Positions 34,953-45,161 are shown, counted from the stretch's first letter. The stretch: 64,000 nt of DNA from Vicinamibacteria bacterium (GCA_964291235.2 OZ219815.1:1248001-1312000), one strand, 5' to 3'. Numbers and translations: made by a program. The notes: generated by a model not told the origin, from the sequence alone.

Positions 34953-37808
34953 ATGATGCATCGTTTCCGCTTTTCGCAGCCGGCAGGCCTGACGCTCGGG
35001 ATCCTGATCCTGGGGCTCGCGCTTCCGGCCGTTTCCTTTGCCCAGGACAGCGGCCTGATTCGGGGCACGGTTACCGACGACAGCGGCGCCGTGATCCCTG
35101 GCGCAACGGTCACCCTCCTGAGTGAGGCCATCATCGGCGGCACGCGTTCGGGGGTCTCCAACGAGTCGGGCGTTTTCCGCTTTCCGGCACTGCCCTCCGG
35201 CGAGTACAGCGTGGAGGTTTCGCTCAGCGGTTTCGACACGGTGCGCTTCGAGGGCGTGCGGGTCGGCCAGAACACCACGGCGACGCTTGACGCGACGATG
35301 AACCTCTCCGGTGTCCAGGAGGTGGTCCAGGTCGTCGCGGAGGCCCCGCTCCTCGATGTCAGTTCGAACGCCTCGATCACCACCTTCAACGCCGAGTTGG
35401 TGGAAGAACTGCCCACCGAGCGGAACTTCTACGACTACATCCACATCTCCCCGGGAATCAGCCAGATGAACAGCGGCGGCGGCGGCGATCGCGCCATCGC
35501 TTTCGGCTCCAACCAGCAGTCGAATTCCTGGAACATCGACGGGGTCGAGACGAGCGCCCCGGAAACCGGATCCTCGTGGGGAGACCCGAACGTGGACATG
35601 ATCGAGGAAGTCGAGATCATCGGGATCGGCGCCCCGGCCGAGTTCGGAAATGCCACCGGCGGCACTTTCAACATCGTCACCAAGAAGGGCGGCGACACGT
35701 TCAGCGGCAGCGGCAACTACTTCTACCAGAGCGACGGCCTCACCTTCCCCGAGATCTACGCCGATGCCGATACCGGCATCCCGGCCTCAGCGGGAGCCGC
35801 CAACGCGTTCGCGTTCGAGCGCGACAACTTCGCCGACGCGACCTTGACCCTCGGTGGTCCGGTGATTCGGGAACGAATGTGGTTCATGGTGGGTGGGCAG
35901 TACTCCCGCGACAGCTCCTGGGAGGCCGGCAACGACCCGGCAGCGGCCACCGCCGACAACAGTGAGAACGACAAGCTCACCGTGAAGCTCACCACGAAGC
36001 TCACGGATCGCCATGAGATCTTCATAAACAGTCACTTCGAGGATTGGGCCTTCATCGGCGGGAGTTCGCCAAACGTGACTGCCTCCGCGGCCTTCGTCGA
36101 GCGGGGCGCGACGGTCACGTTCGCGGGAGGCCTGACGAGCACGCTTTCCGACACGACGATCTTTGAAGCGCGCTACTCGCAGTGGACGGCCAGCGACATC
36201 CACGATTCCCCGACGGGCAGTTTCGACATGCCCTTCCTCAACTTTGACGCGGAGCCGACCACCACCTTCGAGGGCGGGACTGTCTATCCGTGGGACTACC
36301 GGACCTGGAGCAACCAGTTCAACGCCAAGATCACCCACTACGCGGACGACTTCCTCGGCGCGCAGCACGAGTTCCGCTTCGGAGTTCAGATCGCCCGAGG
36401 GGTCGCCGAGACCGCGGTCGCGGCCGGCCCCAACAGCGCCTACCAGTACCAGTCGGGCGGCTACCTGTACCAGGTCATACAGGAGCCCTACCGCTACGGC
36501 GGCATCTCGAACGACCGGGGCTTCTTCATCGACGACACCGTCACGATCAGCGACCGGCTGACGCTGAACCTCGGTCTGCGCCTCGACCTGAATCGGGGGG
36601 ACATTCCCGAGTACGAACTCCTCGGAGTGCCCGATTCCGGCCAGGAAACCGAGTTCACGGCGATCAACGCGGTGTCCGTCTCAGGGAACGCCCCGGGGAC
36701 TCCGGGAATCGTGAAGTGGAACCTCCTCAGCCCCCGGATCGGCTTCACCTTCCGTCCGGACGAGGAGGGACGCTCCGCCATCAAGGGTTTCTTCGGCATC
36801 CACTACGACCAGAACGTGATCGGCAACTGGGACGCCCCCGCCCCCGGAGTCACCCCGTGGCAGCTCTACGCGCTGAACGACGACGGTAGCCTGGGTGATC
36901 TTCTGTTCTCGACGACGGTGGACGACCTGGATCAACCGGACAACCTGCTGGCGCCCCGTTCCTACCACTACACCGCGGCCTACGAGCGCGAGATCGGCAA
37001 CAACATGTCGGTAGGCGTGCAGTACGTGCATAAGTACACCGAGCGGATGGTGGGCTGGTCCATCCTGGGAGGGCAGTACGAGACCGTCGAATGGGCGGAT
37101 CCGTACACCGGCGCCCCGATGAGCCTCTTGAGCCAGACGGTGCAGCCGACCTTGGTGAAGGGGAATTCTCCCGGGGACTTCCCCGGCGCTCCCGAAAAGT
37201 ACGAGCAGACCTATGACGGCGTCCTCTTCACCTTCGCCATGCGCGACGCGGGTCTTTGGAACATCCAGGGTTCCTACACGTACTCGAAGTCGACCGGGCT
37301 GATCCCGCGGCCGTGGTCCCAAGCGCAGAACAACCCGTTCTATGGCAGCACCACCGGACAGGATCCGAACGCCTACCTGAACCTGAACGACGGGCAGCGG
37401 CTTCAGGGCGACCGGCCGCACATGTTCCGGCTGCAGGGCGTCTTGTTCCTTCCCTGGGATTTCCTGCTCGCGGCGAACGTGAACGTCGAGAGCGGGAAGC
37501 CGTTCTCCCGCCAGGTGCGAGCCTCGGGAGTCACCGAGCAGCCGGCGAACAACATCATCGTCGAGCTGGCCGGCTCCCGGCCGGGTCTGACGCAGCCGCA
37601 GTTGAACAGCGTTGACCTTCGTCTCGGGAGACGTCTTGAACTCGGAGATGTCACCCTGAAACTGGACGCCTATCTCTACAACGCGCTGAACAGCACCGCC
37701 AGCATCTGGATGCAGGATCTGCGTATCGAGGATCCGGGTGAGGACTTCATCCCGTCAAGCTGGATCGAACCACGCCGGCTCATGCTGCTCGCCGGATTCG
37801 TGTTCTAG
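34953..37808 (+). CDS. TonB-dependent receptor, Oar-like
   Basis: Signal peptide; GLIRGTVTDDSGAVIPGATVT, NIVTKKGG, DRLTLNLGLR, C-terminal F. Confidence 0.92.
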   Translation: MMHRFRFSQPAGLTLGILILGLALPAVSFAQDSGLIRGTVTDDSGAVIPGATVTLLSEAIIGGTRSGVSNESGVFRFPALPSGEYSVEVSLSGFDTVRFEGVRVGQNTTATLDATMNLSGVQEVVQVVAEAPLLDVSSNASITTFNAELVEELPTERNFYDYIHISPGISQMNSGGGGDRAIAFGSNQQSNSWNIDGVETSAPETGSSWGDPNVDMIEEVEIIGIGAPAEFGNATGGTFNIVTKKGGDTFSGSGNYFYQSDGLTFPEIYADADTGIPASAGAANAFAFERDNFADATLTLGGPVIRERMWFMVGGQYSRDSSWEAGNDPAAATADNSENDKLTVKLTTKLTDRHEIFINSHFEDWAFIGGSSPNVTASAAFVERGATVTFAGGLTSTLSDTTIFEARYSQWTASDIHDSPTGSFDMPFLNFDAEPTTTFEGGTVYPWDYRTWSNQFNAKITHYADDFLGAQHEFRFGVQIARGVAETAVAAGPNSAYQYQSGGYLYQVIQEPYRYGGISNDRGFFIDDTVTISDRLTLNLGLRLDLNRGDIPEYELLGVPDSGQETEFTAINAVSVSGNAPGTPGIVKWNLLSPRIGFTFRPDEEGRSAIKGFFGIHYDQNVIGNWDAPAPGVTPWQLYALNDDGSLGDLLFSTTVDDLDQPDNLLAPRSYHYTAAYEREIGNNMSVGVQYVHKYTERMVGWSILGGQYETVEWADPYTGAPMSLLSQTVQPTLVKGNSPGDFPGAPEKYEQTYDGVLFTFAMRDAGLWNIQGSYTYSKSTGLIPRPWSQAQNNPFYGSTTGQDPNAYLNLNDGQRLQGDRPHMFRLQGVLFLPWDFLLAANVNVESGKPFSRQVRASGVTEQPANNIIVELAGSRPGLTQPQLNSVDLRLGRRLELGDVTLKLDAYLYNALNSTASIWMQDLRIEDPGEDFIPSSWIEPRRLMLLAGFVF

Positions 37809-37828
37809 AGTTCCGATCCCTTCTCATG

Positions 37829-37860
37829 GGGGAACCGCCCTCACCGGGCGGTTCCCCTTT
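37829..37860 (+). terminator. Intrinsic terminator
   Basis: ggggaaccgccc-tcacc-gggcggttcccc-ttt. Confidence 0.85.
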
Positions 37861-37935
37861 CCTGTATCCGGCCGGCGCCGGGCGATCCCGTATGCTCGCC
37901 TGCTCGACCAACCCCACCCTCGGAGGTTTCCGGAA

Positions 37936-39444
37936 ATGCTCAAGAAGCTCCTTGTCCTGACCACTCTGCTGCTCGTCACCGCAGGTGCCGGTGCGCAGGA
38001 AAACGGCGCCGAGACCACGGAGAAATCCCGCTGGGAGAGCAGCCATTCCATCGTGATGGACGGCGAGACCGTCGAGTACGACGCGGTGGTCGCCAGCACC
38101 ACGCTGACGAATGGCGAGGGCGAGGACGCGGCGAAACTCTTCTACACCGCCTACTTCCGCACGAATGGCGCTCCGTCGCGCGAACGGCCCGTGATCTTCG
38201 CCTACAACGGCGGACCGGGGTCGGCTTCCTTCTGGCTGCATATGGGCATCATGGGACCGCGCCGGGTGGTGACCCCCGAGGTCGGCCCCCAGGGCGCGCC
38301 TCCGTACCCGCTCGAGGACAACGCCTACACGCTCCTCGACATGGCCGACATCGTGATGGTGGATCCCATCGGCACCGGGTTCAGCCACCCCCTCGAGGGC
38401 CACGACGGGTCGGAGTACTGGGGGATCGACGAGGATGCCCGTTCCCTCGCCCAGTTCGTCCGCCGCTTCCTGAGCGAGTACGACCGTTGGAACTCGCCCC
38501 GCTACCTGCTCGGGGAGAGTTACGGCACCACCCGTTCCGCGGTGCTGGCCAGCCACCTCCAGCGGGCCAACATCGACCTGAACGGCATCGTGCTGGTCTC
38601 GGTGGTGCTCCAGTTCAACACTATCCAGTTCGCACCGGGCGACGACATCCCCTACATCGTCAACCTTCCGTCCTACGCGATCACCGCGCGCTATCTGGAC
38701 CGGCTCCCCGGCGGTTCGCCCGAGAATCTGGAGGCGTTCATGGCCGAGGTGGAGGCCTGGTCGCTGAACGAATACGCCACCGCCCTCCTCGCGGGCGGCA
38801 CCCTCGACGCGGACAAACGCGCCCGGGTGATCGACCAGATGCACCGCTACACCGGCCTCAGCAAGGATTTCATCGACAAGTCCGACCTCCGGGTGACCGC
38901 ACCCGCCTTTGAGGCCGAGCTGCTACGCGATGAGGGTCGCATCGTGGGGCGTCTCGATGCGCGCTTCACGGGTCCCGCCGGGAACGTTCTGGGAGCCAGG
39001 CCTTCGCACGATCCCCAGTCCACCGCGATCAGTTCCGCCTACACCTCGGCGTTCAACAGCTACCTGCGCGGTGAGCTCGCCTACGACGGCGACCGCGAGT
39101 ACGTGCCGAGCGGCGCCACCCGGAATTGGAACTGGGGCCGGCTCGGTGGCGGGGGCTTCTTCGTTCGCGGCGGCGGCACGCCCAACGTGACGCCCGACCT
39201 CGCCCGCGCCATGAAGCGCAACCCGGACCTCAAGGTCCTCCTCGTCAACGGGATCTACGACCTGGCCACGCCGTATTTCGCCGCCGTCTGGTCGGTGGAC
39301 CACATGGGGCTCCCGCCGGAACTCCGCGCCAACATCGAGCGTGCGGACTTCGCCGCCGGTCACATGATGTACGTCGAGGAGTCGCTCCTGCCGCAGTGGC
39401 GGGAGGACGTCGGCGGGTTCATCGCAAGGACTTCGGGGCAGTAG
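37936..39444 (+). CDS. Exported serine carboxypeptidase, family S10
   Basis: NGGPGSAS, DPIGTGFS, catalytic GESYG, DLATP, AGHMMY; RBS GGAGG. Confidence 0.93.
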   Translation: MLKKLLVLTTLLLVTAGAGAQENGAETTEKSRWESSHSIVMDGETVEYDAVVASTTLTNGEGEDAAKLFYTAYFRTNGAPSRERPVIFAYNGGPGSASFWLHMGIMGPRRVVTPEVGPQGAPPYPLEDNAYTLLDMADIVMVDPIGTGFSHPLEGHDGSEYWGIDEDARSLAQFVRRFLSEYDRWNSPRYLLGESYGTTRSAVLASHLQRANIDLNGIVLVSVVLQFNTIQFAPGDDIPYIVNLPSYAITARYLDRLPGGSPENLEAFMAEVEAWSLNEYATALLAGGTLDADKRARVIDQMHRYTGLSKDFIDKSDLRVTAPAFEAELLRDEGRIVGRLDARFTGPAGNVLGARPSHDPQSTAISSAYTSAFNSYLRGELAYDGDREYVPSGATRNWNWGRLGGGGFFVRGGGTPNVTPDLARAMKRNPDLKVLLVNGIYDLATPYFAAVWSVDHMGLPPELRANIERADFAAGHMMYVEESLLPQWREDVGGFIARTSGQ

Positions 39445-39465
39445 ACGCCCGGGCCTCCGGCCCGC

Positions 39466-40665
39466 TCAGGCGAAAAGCGCCTTCACCCGTTCCGCGACCA
39501 GCGCGTCCTGCCCGGGCCGGAGCATCCACGTGGAGATGCGCAGTTGTCCCTCTCCCGTCCGGGAGACCGCTACCGGAGGATCTCCGTCGAGCAGCCTGGC
39601 GACCGCGGCTTCCGATGTCAGGTTCAGGTCTCCCTCGTTCCAGTTCACGACGACGTGGGGGACATGGTTGGCGATTTCCGGAACGTGGATCTCGCAGGAG
39701 AGGCCAGGAACGCCGCCAAAGACTCCCAGCAGCAGCTCGGCGCGAGCGTCGAGTTCACTACGTTCCGCTGCGTGATCGAGGGACAGGTAGCGCTCCACCG
39801 CCGCGACCAGGCCGACGATTTCTTCCTTGCCGACCTTCATCCCCCGGCCGATGCCGCCGAAGGGACTGATCGCCTTGCGGGCCGCCTGGATCAGGTCGGG
39901 GCGCCCGAGCAGGAGTCCCGTGGCCTGCGGGCCCATGAGCCCCTTGCCGCCCGAAAACGCCACCATGTCGAAGCCCTCTTCGACGTAGGTGTGCAGCCGC
40001 TCGGGCGGGGGGACGTCCGCGGCGGCGTCGTTCATCGTCGGCACGCCGTACGCGCTTGCGACCTCGATCCATTCGGCGCGGCCGATCTGCCCCCGCGGCT
40101 CGGCAAAGTTCAGGAAGAACATCATGGCCGTCCGCTCGTTGATCGCCGCCTCGAGTTCCTCCCGGGTGTCCACCCAGACGATCTTCGCCCCCACCAGCTC
40201 CATTTGGGCCTGGTACCCGGTGCGATGGGCGCGTTGCTGGATCACCTCGTGCTTCATCCCCCAGGTGTCGGGGAGCATCCGCAGTTTCTCGTCGTCGTCG
40301 CCGGCGATCGCCGCCGCGGTCCCGCAGGTCATGGCGGAGGCGGCCCCGGCCGAGATCATGGCCGCGGGCACGCCGATCAGCTGTGCGATGTGTTCACCGG
40401 CCCGCTCCTGGAGTTCGGGTAGGGGCACGAAATTGCGTGAAGCCGCCACCATGGCGTCGGTGACTTCGGGCGGCATGAGGGAGCCGCCCAGCACCGTCAC
40501 GGTGCCGATGCCGTTGATCACGGGCTGAACGCCCAGTCGGAGGTACACCTCCTCCGGGTCCGGAGCCGGACTCGGTGCGGGTGCGGACTCGCAGCCCGCG
40601 GCTCCGAGTGCGGCGGCGGAGGCGCCGCCTTGCAGCACGCGCCGCCGGGTCATCTTCAGTGGCAT
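39466..40665 (-). CDS. SelA-like PLP-dependent enzyme (DgaE-like lyase family) with Tat-lipoprotein signal
   Basis: VINGIGT.TVLGGS, DAAAD, FSGGKGLMGPQ (PLP Lys), IGRGMKVGKEE; TRRRVL...LGAAG-C. Confidence 0.85.
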   Translation of the reverse strand: MPLKMTRRRVLQGGASAAALGAAGCESAPAPSPAPDPEEVYLRLGVQPVINGIGTVTVLGGSLMPPEVTDAMVAASRNFVPLPELQERAGEHIAQLIGVPAAMISAGAASAMTCGTAAAIAGDDDEKLRMLPDTWGMKHEVIQQRAHRTGYQAQMELVGAKIVWVDTREELEAAINERTAMMFFLNFAEPRGQIGRAEWIEVASAYGVPTMNDAAADVPPPERLHTYVEEGFDMVAFSGGKGLMGPQATGLLLGRPDLIQAARKAISPFGGIGRGMKVGKEEIVGLVAAVERYLSLDHAAERSELDARAELLLGVFGGVPGLSCEIHVPEIANHVPHVVVNWNEGDLNLTSEAAVARLLDGDPPVAVSRTGEGQLRISTWMLRPGQDALVAERVKALFA

Positions 40666-40680
40666 GGTTGGTCCTCCCGC

Positions 40681-42006
40681 TTACGAGCGCTGCCGGTGCA
40701 GGATGCCGTCCCAGCGCGGCTCGCCCTGGGCCCTGTAGTCGAGCGGGAGTTCGCGCCAGTCCTGGCGGGTCCGACCGTTCAGGTCCCAAGCGAGCCGGCC
40801 GTCCTTGAACGTCATCTCGCACACGAGTCGTTCGGTCCCGTCCTGACGCGCGCCGAAGCTGTCCACGAAACCGAACGTGCCGGATTCCTTCCCGAGGACC
40901 GCGATGTCGGCGACCGCACCGACGGAAAGGTGGCCCAGTTCCTCGCGGTCGATCTGGCGGGCGGGGTTCCAGGTGGACTGCCGAATCACGTCGTCCAGCG
41001 ATTCCCCGAGCGCCAGGAACTTGCTCATCGTGGTGACCTGGTCCTGCATCCCGGCATTCATCGATCCGATGTGCAGGTCAGTCGAGATCGAATCCGGTGG
41101 GAAGCCGGCCTCGAGACACCGCGAAGCCACGCTCCACTTGAAGCTGCCCCCGCCGTGGCCGACATCGAAGACGACGCCCCGCCCGCGGCCGGCGAAGAGG
41201 CCGGGATTGGGCGTCCCGTCCTCCAGCAGTTCGCGGCGGTTGCCCGAAAAGCAGTGGGTGTAGATGTCTCCGGGGCGCAGCTTTTCGCCGAGCAGCGTCT
41301 CGAGCGGCCGCTCTGGGTGATCGGCGCCGAAATCCACCATCACCGGAATCCCGACCGCGTCGCCGGCGCGAACCGCCTCCTCCACGGGATACCAGTCGGG
41401 CGCCGCGTAGTGGGCGGTCTTCACACCGACGATGATGTCGGAGTGCTCCCGGGCGAGGGCCGCGGTCGGGTCGGCCTTCATGTCTTCGAGGTCCTGTTCG
41501 ATGTCTCCGCCCCGCATCCCGTGGCCGACGATGTTCGCCAGCGCCAGCACGCGGGTCCGGCTGCGGCTGATGACCGTTTCCCGGAAGGTCTCGAAGTTCC
41601 GCCAGCCCGCGCATCCGGCATCGAGAACCGTCGTCACCCCGGAGCGAAATGTGTGACCGTCCGGGTAGAGGCTGTTGTCCCCGGCATACGACCCCCGCTC
41701 GTTCGTGCCCGCGAAGACGTGGACGTGCAGGTCGATCAACCCCGGCGTGACGTAAAGGCCGTGGCATTCCACGACCTTGAAGGCCCGTCCCGGATCGATG
41801 GCCTCCCCGACTGCCGCCACCCTGCCGCCGTGCACCGCGATGTCGCGGACCCCGCTCAGCCCGTTCCGGGGATCGATCAGATGCCCGCCCTGGAGGAGCA
41901 GGTCGTACTCGGGTTCGCTGGCCGATCGGGCGGAGCAGGCCAGCGTGAACGCGGCTGCGCCGGCCAAGAAATCGCGCCGCGAGAGCCCGTCCTTCCCTCG
42001 GGTCAT
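40681..42006 (-). CDS. Amidohydrolase/deacetylase (dihydroorotase-like, EF_0837-type) with Tat-lipoprotein signal
   Basis: PGLIDLHVH, GVTTVLDAG, THCF, DVGHGGGSF, ISTDLH; SRRDFL...FTLA-C. Confidence 0.88.
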   Translation of the reverse strand: MTRGKDGLSRRDFLAGAAAFTLACSARSASEPEYDLLLQGGHLIDPRNGLSGVRDIAVHGGRVAAVGEAIDPGRAFKVVECHGLYVTPGLIDLHVHVFAGTNERGSYAGDNSLYPDGHTFRSGVTTVLDAGCAGWRNFETFRETVISRSRTRVLALANIVGHGMRGGDIEQDLEDMKADPTAALAREHSDIIVGVKTAHYAAPDWYPVEEAVRAGDAVGIPVMVDFGADHPERPLETLLGEKLRPGDIYTHCFSGNRRELLEDGTPNPGLFAGRGRGVVFDVGHGGGSFKWSVASRCLEAGFPPDSISTDLHIGSMNAGMQDQVTTMSKFLALGESLDDVIRQSTWNPARQIDREELGHLSVGAVADIAVLGKESGTFGFVDSFGARQDGTERLVCEMTFKDGRLAWDLNGRTRQDWRELPLDYRAQGEPRWDGILHRQRS

Positions 42007-42010
42007 CCGG

Positions 42011-43504
42011 CTACTCCCTCCAGGGATAGGTCGGGCGCCGCCGGTGCCAGTCCGTTTCCCGCTGGAACGCCATCCCGAAGTCCAGCGCCGCCTGGTCGTC
42101 CATCGGCGAGCCCACGATCTGGAGCGACAGCGGCAGTCCGTCTTCGTCAAAACCGCAGGGAACGGCGAGGCCGGGGTGGCCAACCAGGTTGGCGATGTAG
42201 TTGAGCCGGGGCGTTCGCCCGCTCACCTCGTCCGGTGGTTCCCACTCGTTGCGCGCCGGGATCGGCCAGCCGTCCCGGACCACCCGGAGCGCCGCTCCGT
42301 TCGGCCAGGTCGGGGCGATCACCGCGTCGTAGCGGGAGACGATCTCGTCGGCCTCCCGCACGAGTTGGTTGCGGATCCGCTGGGCGGTCAGGTAGTCGGC
42401 GGCGGGCAGCATCCGGCCGGCCATCCAGCCGGCGCGCCGGTCCTCGTTGAACGAGAACATCTGCGCGGCCCGCCCGTCATCGAAGAGCGACTTGAAGTTC
42501 GTACCGCTCTCCACGGTCACGATGGTGGTGAAGAGAGCGCCGGTGGGAAAGCGCGGCAGTTCGATGTCTTCGATCTCCACTCCCATGGCGGCGAACACGT
42601 CGAGGGCTTCCTGGAACACCCGCCGGGTGGTCTCCGACTGGGAGAGCAGGAACTCGGCGCGGTGTACCCCGAGCCGCCGTCCCCGCATCGCGCCCGGATC
42701 GGCGCGAAAGACGAAGGGACGGTCCGCTGTCGAGGTGTCCCGCGGGTCCCGGCCGGCGATCACCTGGAGGATGTGCCCGCAGTCCTCCGCGGACCGGCCC
42801 ACGGGACCGATCTTGTCGAGGCTCCAGGAAAGCGCCATGCAACCGAACCGGCTCACCCGCCCGAACGTGGGGCGGAGCCCCGAGGCCCCGACCGCGGACG
42901 CGGGGAAGACGATGGAACCCCCGGTCTCGGTGCCGATCCCGAACCCGATGAGTCCGGCGACCGCTGCCGAAACCGTCCCGCTGGACGAACCGAAACTGGT
43001 GCGGTCGAGTTTCCAGGGGTTGAGTGCCGAGCTGGTGTTGCCGCCGGCGAATTCCCCGAGCGAGTTCTTGGCCATCAGCACCGCGCCGGCTTCCTCGAGC
43101 CGGTCGACGACTGCCGCGTTCCCATCCGGCACGCGGTCCCGGAAGATGCCCGAACCCCAGGTGGTGCGGATGCCCCGCGAATCGAGGAGATCTTTCACCC
43201 CGTAGGGAATGCCGTGGAGGATGCTGCGCGGGGTTCCTTCGGTCAGCTCCCGGTCGGCCTGCTGGGCCGCTTCGAGGGCGTGGTCGCGCGCGATGGTGAC
43301 CATGGTGGCCAGCTTGCCCTGGTGGTCCTCGCGCGGCTCGCTCGGGAGCTCAAAGGGGGGAACGTCCAATTCCTCCGCGCGCTCGAGGTACGCCTCGGTC
43401 AGTTCGACGGAGGTGAAGGAACCGTCCCGGAGGCCGGCTGCCAGTTCGGAAACCGTTTGGAAGAAGGTCGATTCGTCGACTGCCATCGCGAAACGGACGG
43501 TCAA
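42011..43504 (-). CDS. Amidase-signature family enzyme (GatA-like), no signal peptide
   Basis: GIPYGVKDL (Lys), FGSSSG, GTETGGSI (nucleophilic Ser); start GTG 43504 or ATG 43486. Confidence 0.9.
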   Translation of the reverse strand: MTVRFAMAVDESTFFQTVSELAAGLRDGSFTSVELTEAYLERAEELDVPPFELPSEPREDHQGKLATMVTIARDHALEAAQQADRELTEGTPRSILHGIPYGVKDLLDSRGIRTTWGSGIFRDRVPDGNAAVVDRLEEAGAVLMAKNSLGEFAGGNTSSALNPWKLDRTSFGSSSGTVSAAVAGLIGFGIGTETGGSIVFPASAVGASGLRPTFGRVSRFGCMALSWSLDKIGPVGRSAEDCGHILQVIAGRDPRDTSTADRPFVFRADPGAMRGRRLGVHRAEFLLSQSETTRRVFQEALDVFAAMGVEIEDIELPRFPTGALFTTIVTVESGTNFKSLFDDGRAAQMFSFNEDRRAGWMAGRMLPAADYLTAQRIRNQLVREADEIVSRYDAVIAPTWPNGAALRVVRDGWPIPARNEWEPPDEVSGRTPRLNYIANLVGHPGLAVPCGFDEDGLPLSLQIVGSPMDDQAALDFGMAFQRETDWHRRRPTYPWRE

Positions 43505-43779
43505 CCCCGGCGGAAGACCGTAAGCGGCGGTTCGTCGGGATCGAGGGGGAATTCCCGAAGGGTCCCCTGCACCCGGATCATGTTCTGGACGGCCCGGCGG
43601 AGCCGCTCGAGTTCGGCGGGGTCGTCGTAGATCCCGCGGGGCCCCTGGTGATCGAGCAGGGTTCCCACTGTCTCGGCGGAAACCTCACCGTTGTCCTCTA
43701 CCTCGGCGCACGCCTGCTGCCAGAGCCCGGCGGCCGCGCTTCCGGCGGCGAGAGCGGTGAACTCCCGGCGGCGCATCAT
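43501..43779 (-). CDS. Small Tat-signal protein, GatC/AtzG-like amidase partner
   Basis: MMRRREFTALAAG...QQA-C; C-terminal LREFPLDPDEPPLTVF; overlaps the amidase start. Confidence 0.65.
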   Translation of the reverse strand: MMRRREFTALAAGSAAAGLWQQACAEVEDNGEVSAETVGTLLDHQGPRGIYDDPAELERLRRAVQNMIRVQGTLREFPLDPDEPPLTVFRRG

Positions 43780-43793
43780 GGCTACCCCGATTG

Positions 43794-45161
43794 CTACAGG
43801 CTGTTCATCGCCTCCGCGATGTTGTCGAGCGCCAGCTTGATCAACTGCCGGGACGTTCCGAGGTTCATGCGAACCCAACCCTCGCCGCCCGGACCGTAGT
43901 TCGACCCCGGGTTCGTGTACACGCCGGCGTTTTCGACCAGCCAGCGGACGACGATGTCTTCTGCCGTCACCGGCTCCTCCTCGGTTTCGCTGGCCGCCGC
44001 GGCTTTTTCCGCCGCGCCGATCTGCTCGGCGATCTGCGACACATCCAGCCAGGCGAGGTAGGTGCCCTGCGCCTTGGAGTACTTGATCTGCGAGACGTTG
44101 TCGCGGAGATACTGCTCAACGTAGTCGTGATTGCCGTCGAGGTAGGCAAGCAACTGGTCCAGCCAGTCCGCGCCGCCCCGGAGCGCGGCATGGTGCGCCA
44201 CCACGCCCAGCGTGTTGGTCTGCGCCATGTGCTGATCCTGGACCTTCTGGAAGTACTCCGGATTGGGGGAGTGGAACCAGGCAACCTTCATCGCCGCCAG
44301 GCTGAACGTCTTGCTCCCCGATTGGAAGGTGACGCTGTTGTTGACGACGTCCTTGTCGGGGAGGCTGGCGAACGCGGTGTATTTCTGCCCCTTGGTAACG
44401 AAGTCGCAGTGGATCTCGTCCGCCAGCACGACCACGCGGCGCTCGAGACACAGTTGGCCGAGCCGCATGAGGTCTTCCGGCGACCAGCAGTTCCCGGTCG
44501 GGTTCTGCGGGTTGCAGAGGATCAGGGCGTCGGTGTCCTGGGAGATCCGGGACTCGAGGTCATCGAAGTCCAACCGGTGGACCCCGTTATCGATGATGAG
44601 CGGGCTCTCTTCGGCCAGCGTGTGGGATTCCCGCAGATCGGTGTAGAAGCCGCTATACGTGGACGTTGTCAGCAGTACCTTGCTGCCCGGTCTCGCGAAC
44701 GCCTTGAGCGCCGCGATCAGTGCCGGATGGACTCCGTCTGAAAGCGCCATCAGGTCGGGATTGATCTCCAGTCCGTGGCGGTTCTTGTTCCAGTCCACGA
44801 TCGCCGGGAAGAAGTCCTCCGGCATCTTGAGGTAACCCCAGTTCTCGTGCCGGACGCGCTCTGCCAGAGCTTCGGTAATGACGGGCGCGCACTTGAAGTC
44901 CATGTCGGCGACGCCCATCGCCACCTGGATGTTCTCCGCGCCGTGCCGTTCCATGATGGAGTCCCACTTGGCGCAATCGGTTCCGACCCGATCGTACGGC
45001 GTGTCGAAATCGAATCCACCGGACCCGTCCTGCAGCGGTGAAGCCGCCGCCGCCGCCACCGGGTTCAAGAGCGACGTGCCCGAAGTCGCCGCGCCGGCGA
45101 GCGCCGCCGTGCCGGCGCTCTTCAGAAACGTCCTGCGGTTCAACCAAAATCCTTCCGACAT
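43794..45161 (-). CDS. PLP-dependent C-S lyase, MalY/PatB family, with Tat signal
   Basis: MGVADMDF, LCNPQNPTG, ADEIHCD, SGSKTF, GTYLAWLD, VRMNLG; NRRTFLK Tat motif. Confidence 0.9.
   Translation of the reverse strand: MSEGFWLNRRTFLKSAGTAALAGAATSGTSLLNPVAAAAASPLQDGSGGFDFDTPYDRVGTDCAKWDSIMERHGAENIQVAMGVADMDFKCAPVITEALAERVRHENWGYLKMPEDFFPAIVDWNKNRHGLEINPDLMALSDGVHPALIAALKAFARPGSKVLLTTSTYSGFYTDLRESHTLAEESPLIIDNGVHRLDFDDLESRISQDTDALILCNPQNPTGNCWSPEDLMRLGQLCLERRVVVLADEIHCDFVTKGQKYTAFASLPDKDVVNNSVTFQSGSKTFSLAAMKVAWFHSPNPEYFQKVQDQHMAQTNTLGVVAHHAALRGGADWLDQLLAYLDGNHDYVEQYLRDNVSQIKYSKAQGTYLAWLDVSQIAEQIGAAEKAAAASETEEEPVTAEDIVVRWLVENAGVYTNPGSNYGPGGEGWVRMNLGTSRQLIKLALDNIAEAMNSL

Noticed and set aside
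39466-40665. True selenocysteine synthase selA, paired with selD
   Set aside because: Short SelA-like family member with export signal and amidohydrolase neighbour; no selB/selC nearby; selD is 18 kb away.
40630-43630. Long plus-strand ORFs (524 and 617 aa) and similar antisense ORFs throughout
   Set aside because: Codon-bias shadows of recognisable opposite-strand genes in high-GC DNA; no motifs.
42011-43779. gatCA of the tRNA-dependent amidotransferase
   Set aside because: No gatB, the small protein has a Tat signal, and GatA-specific motifs are diverged.
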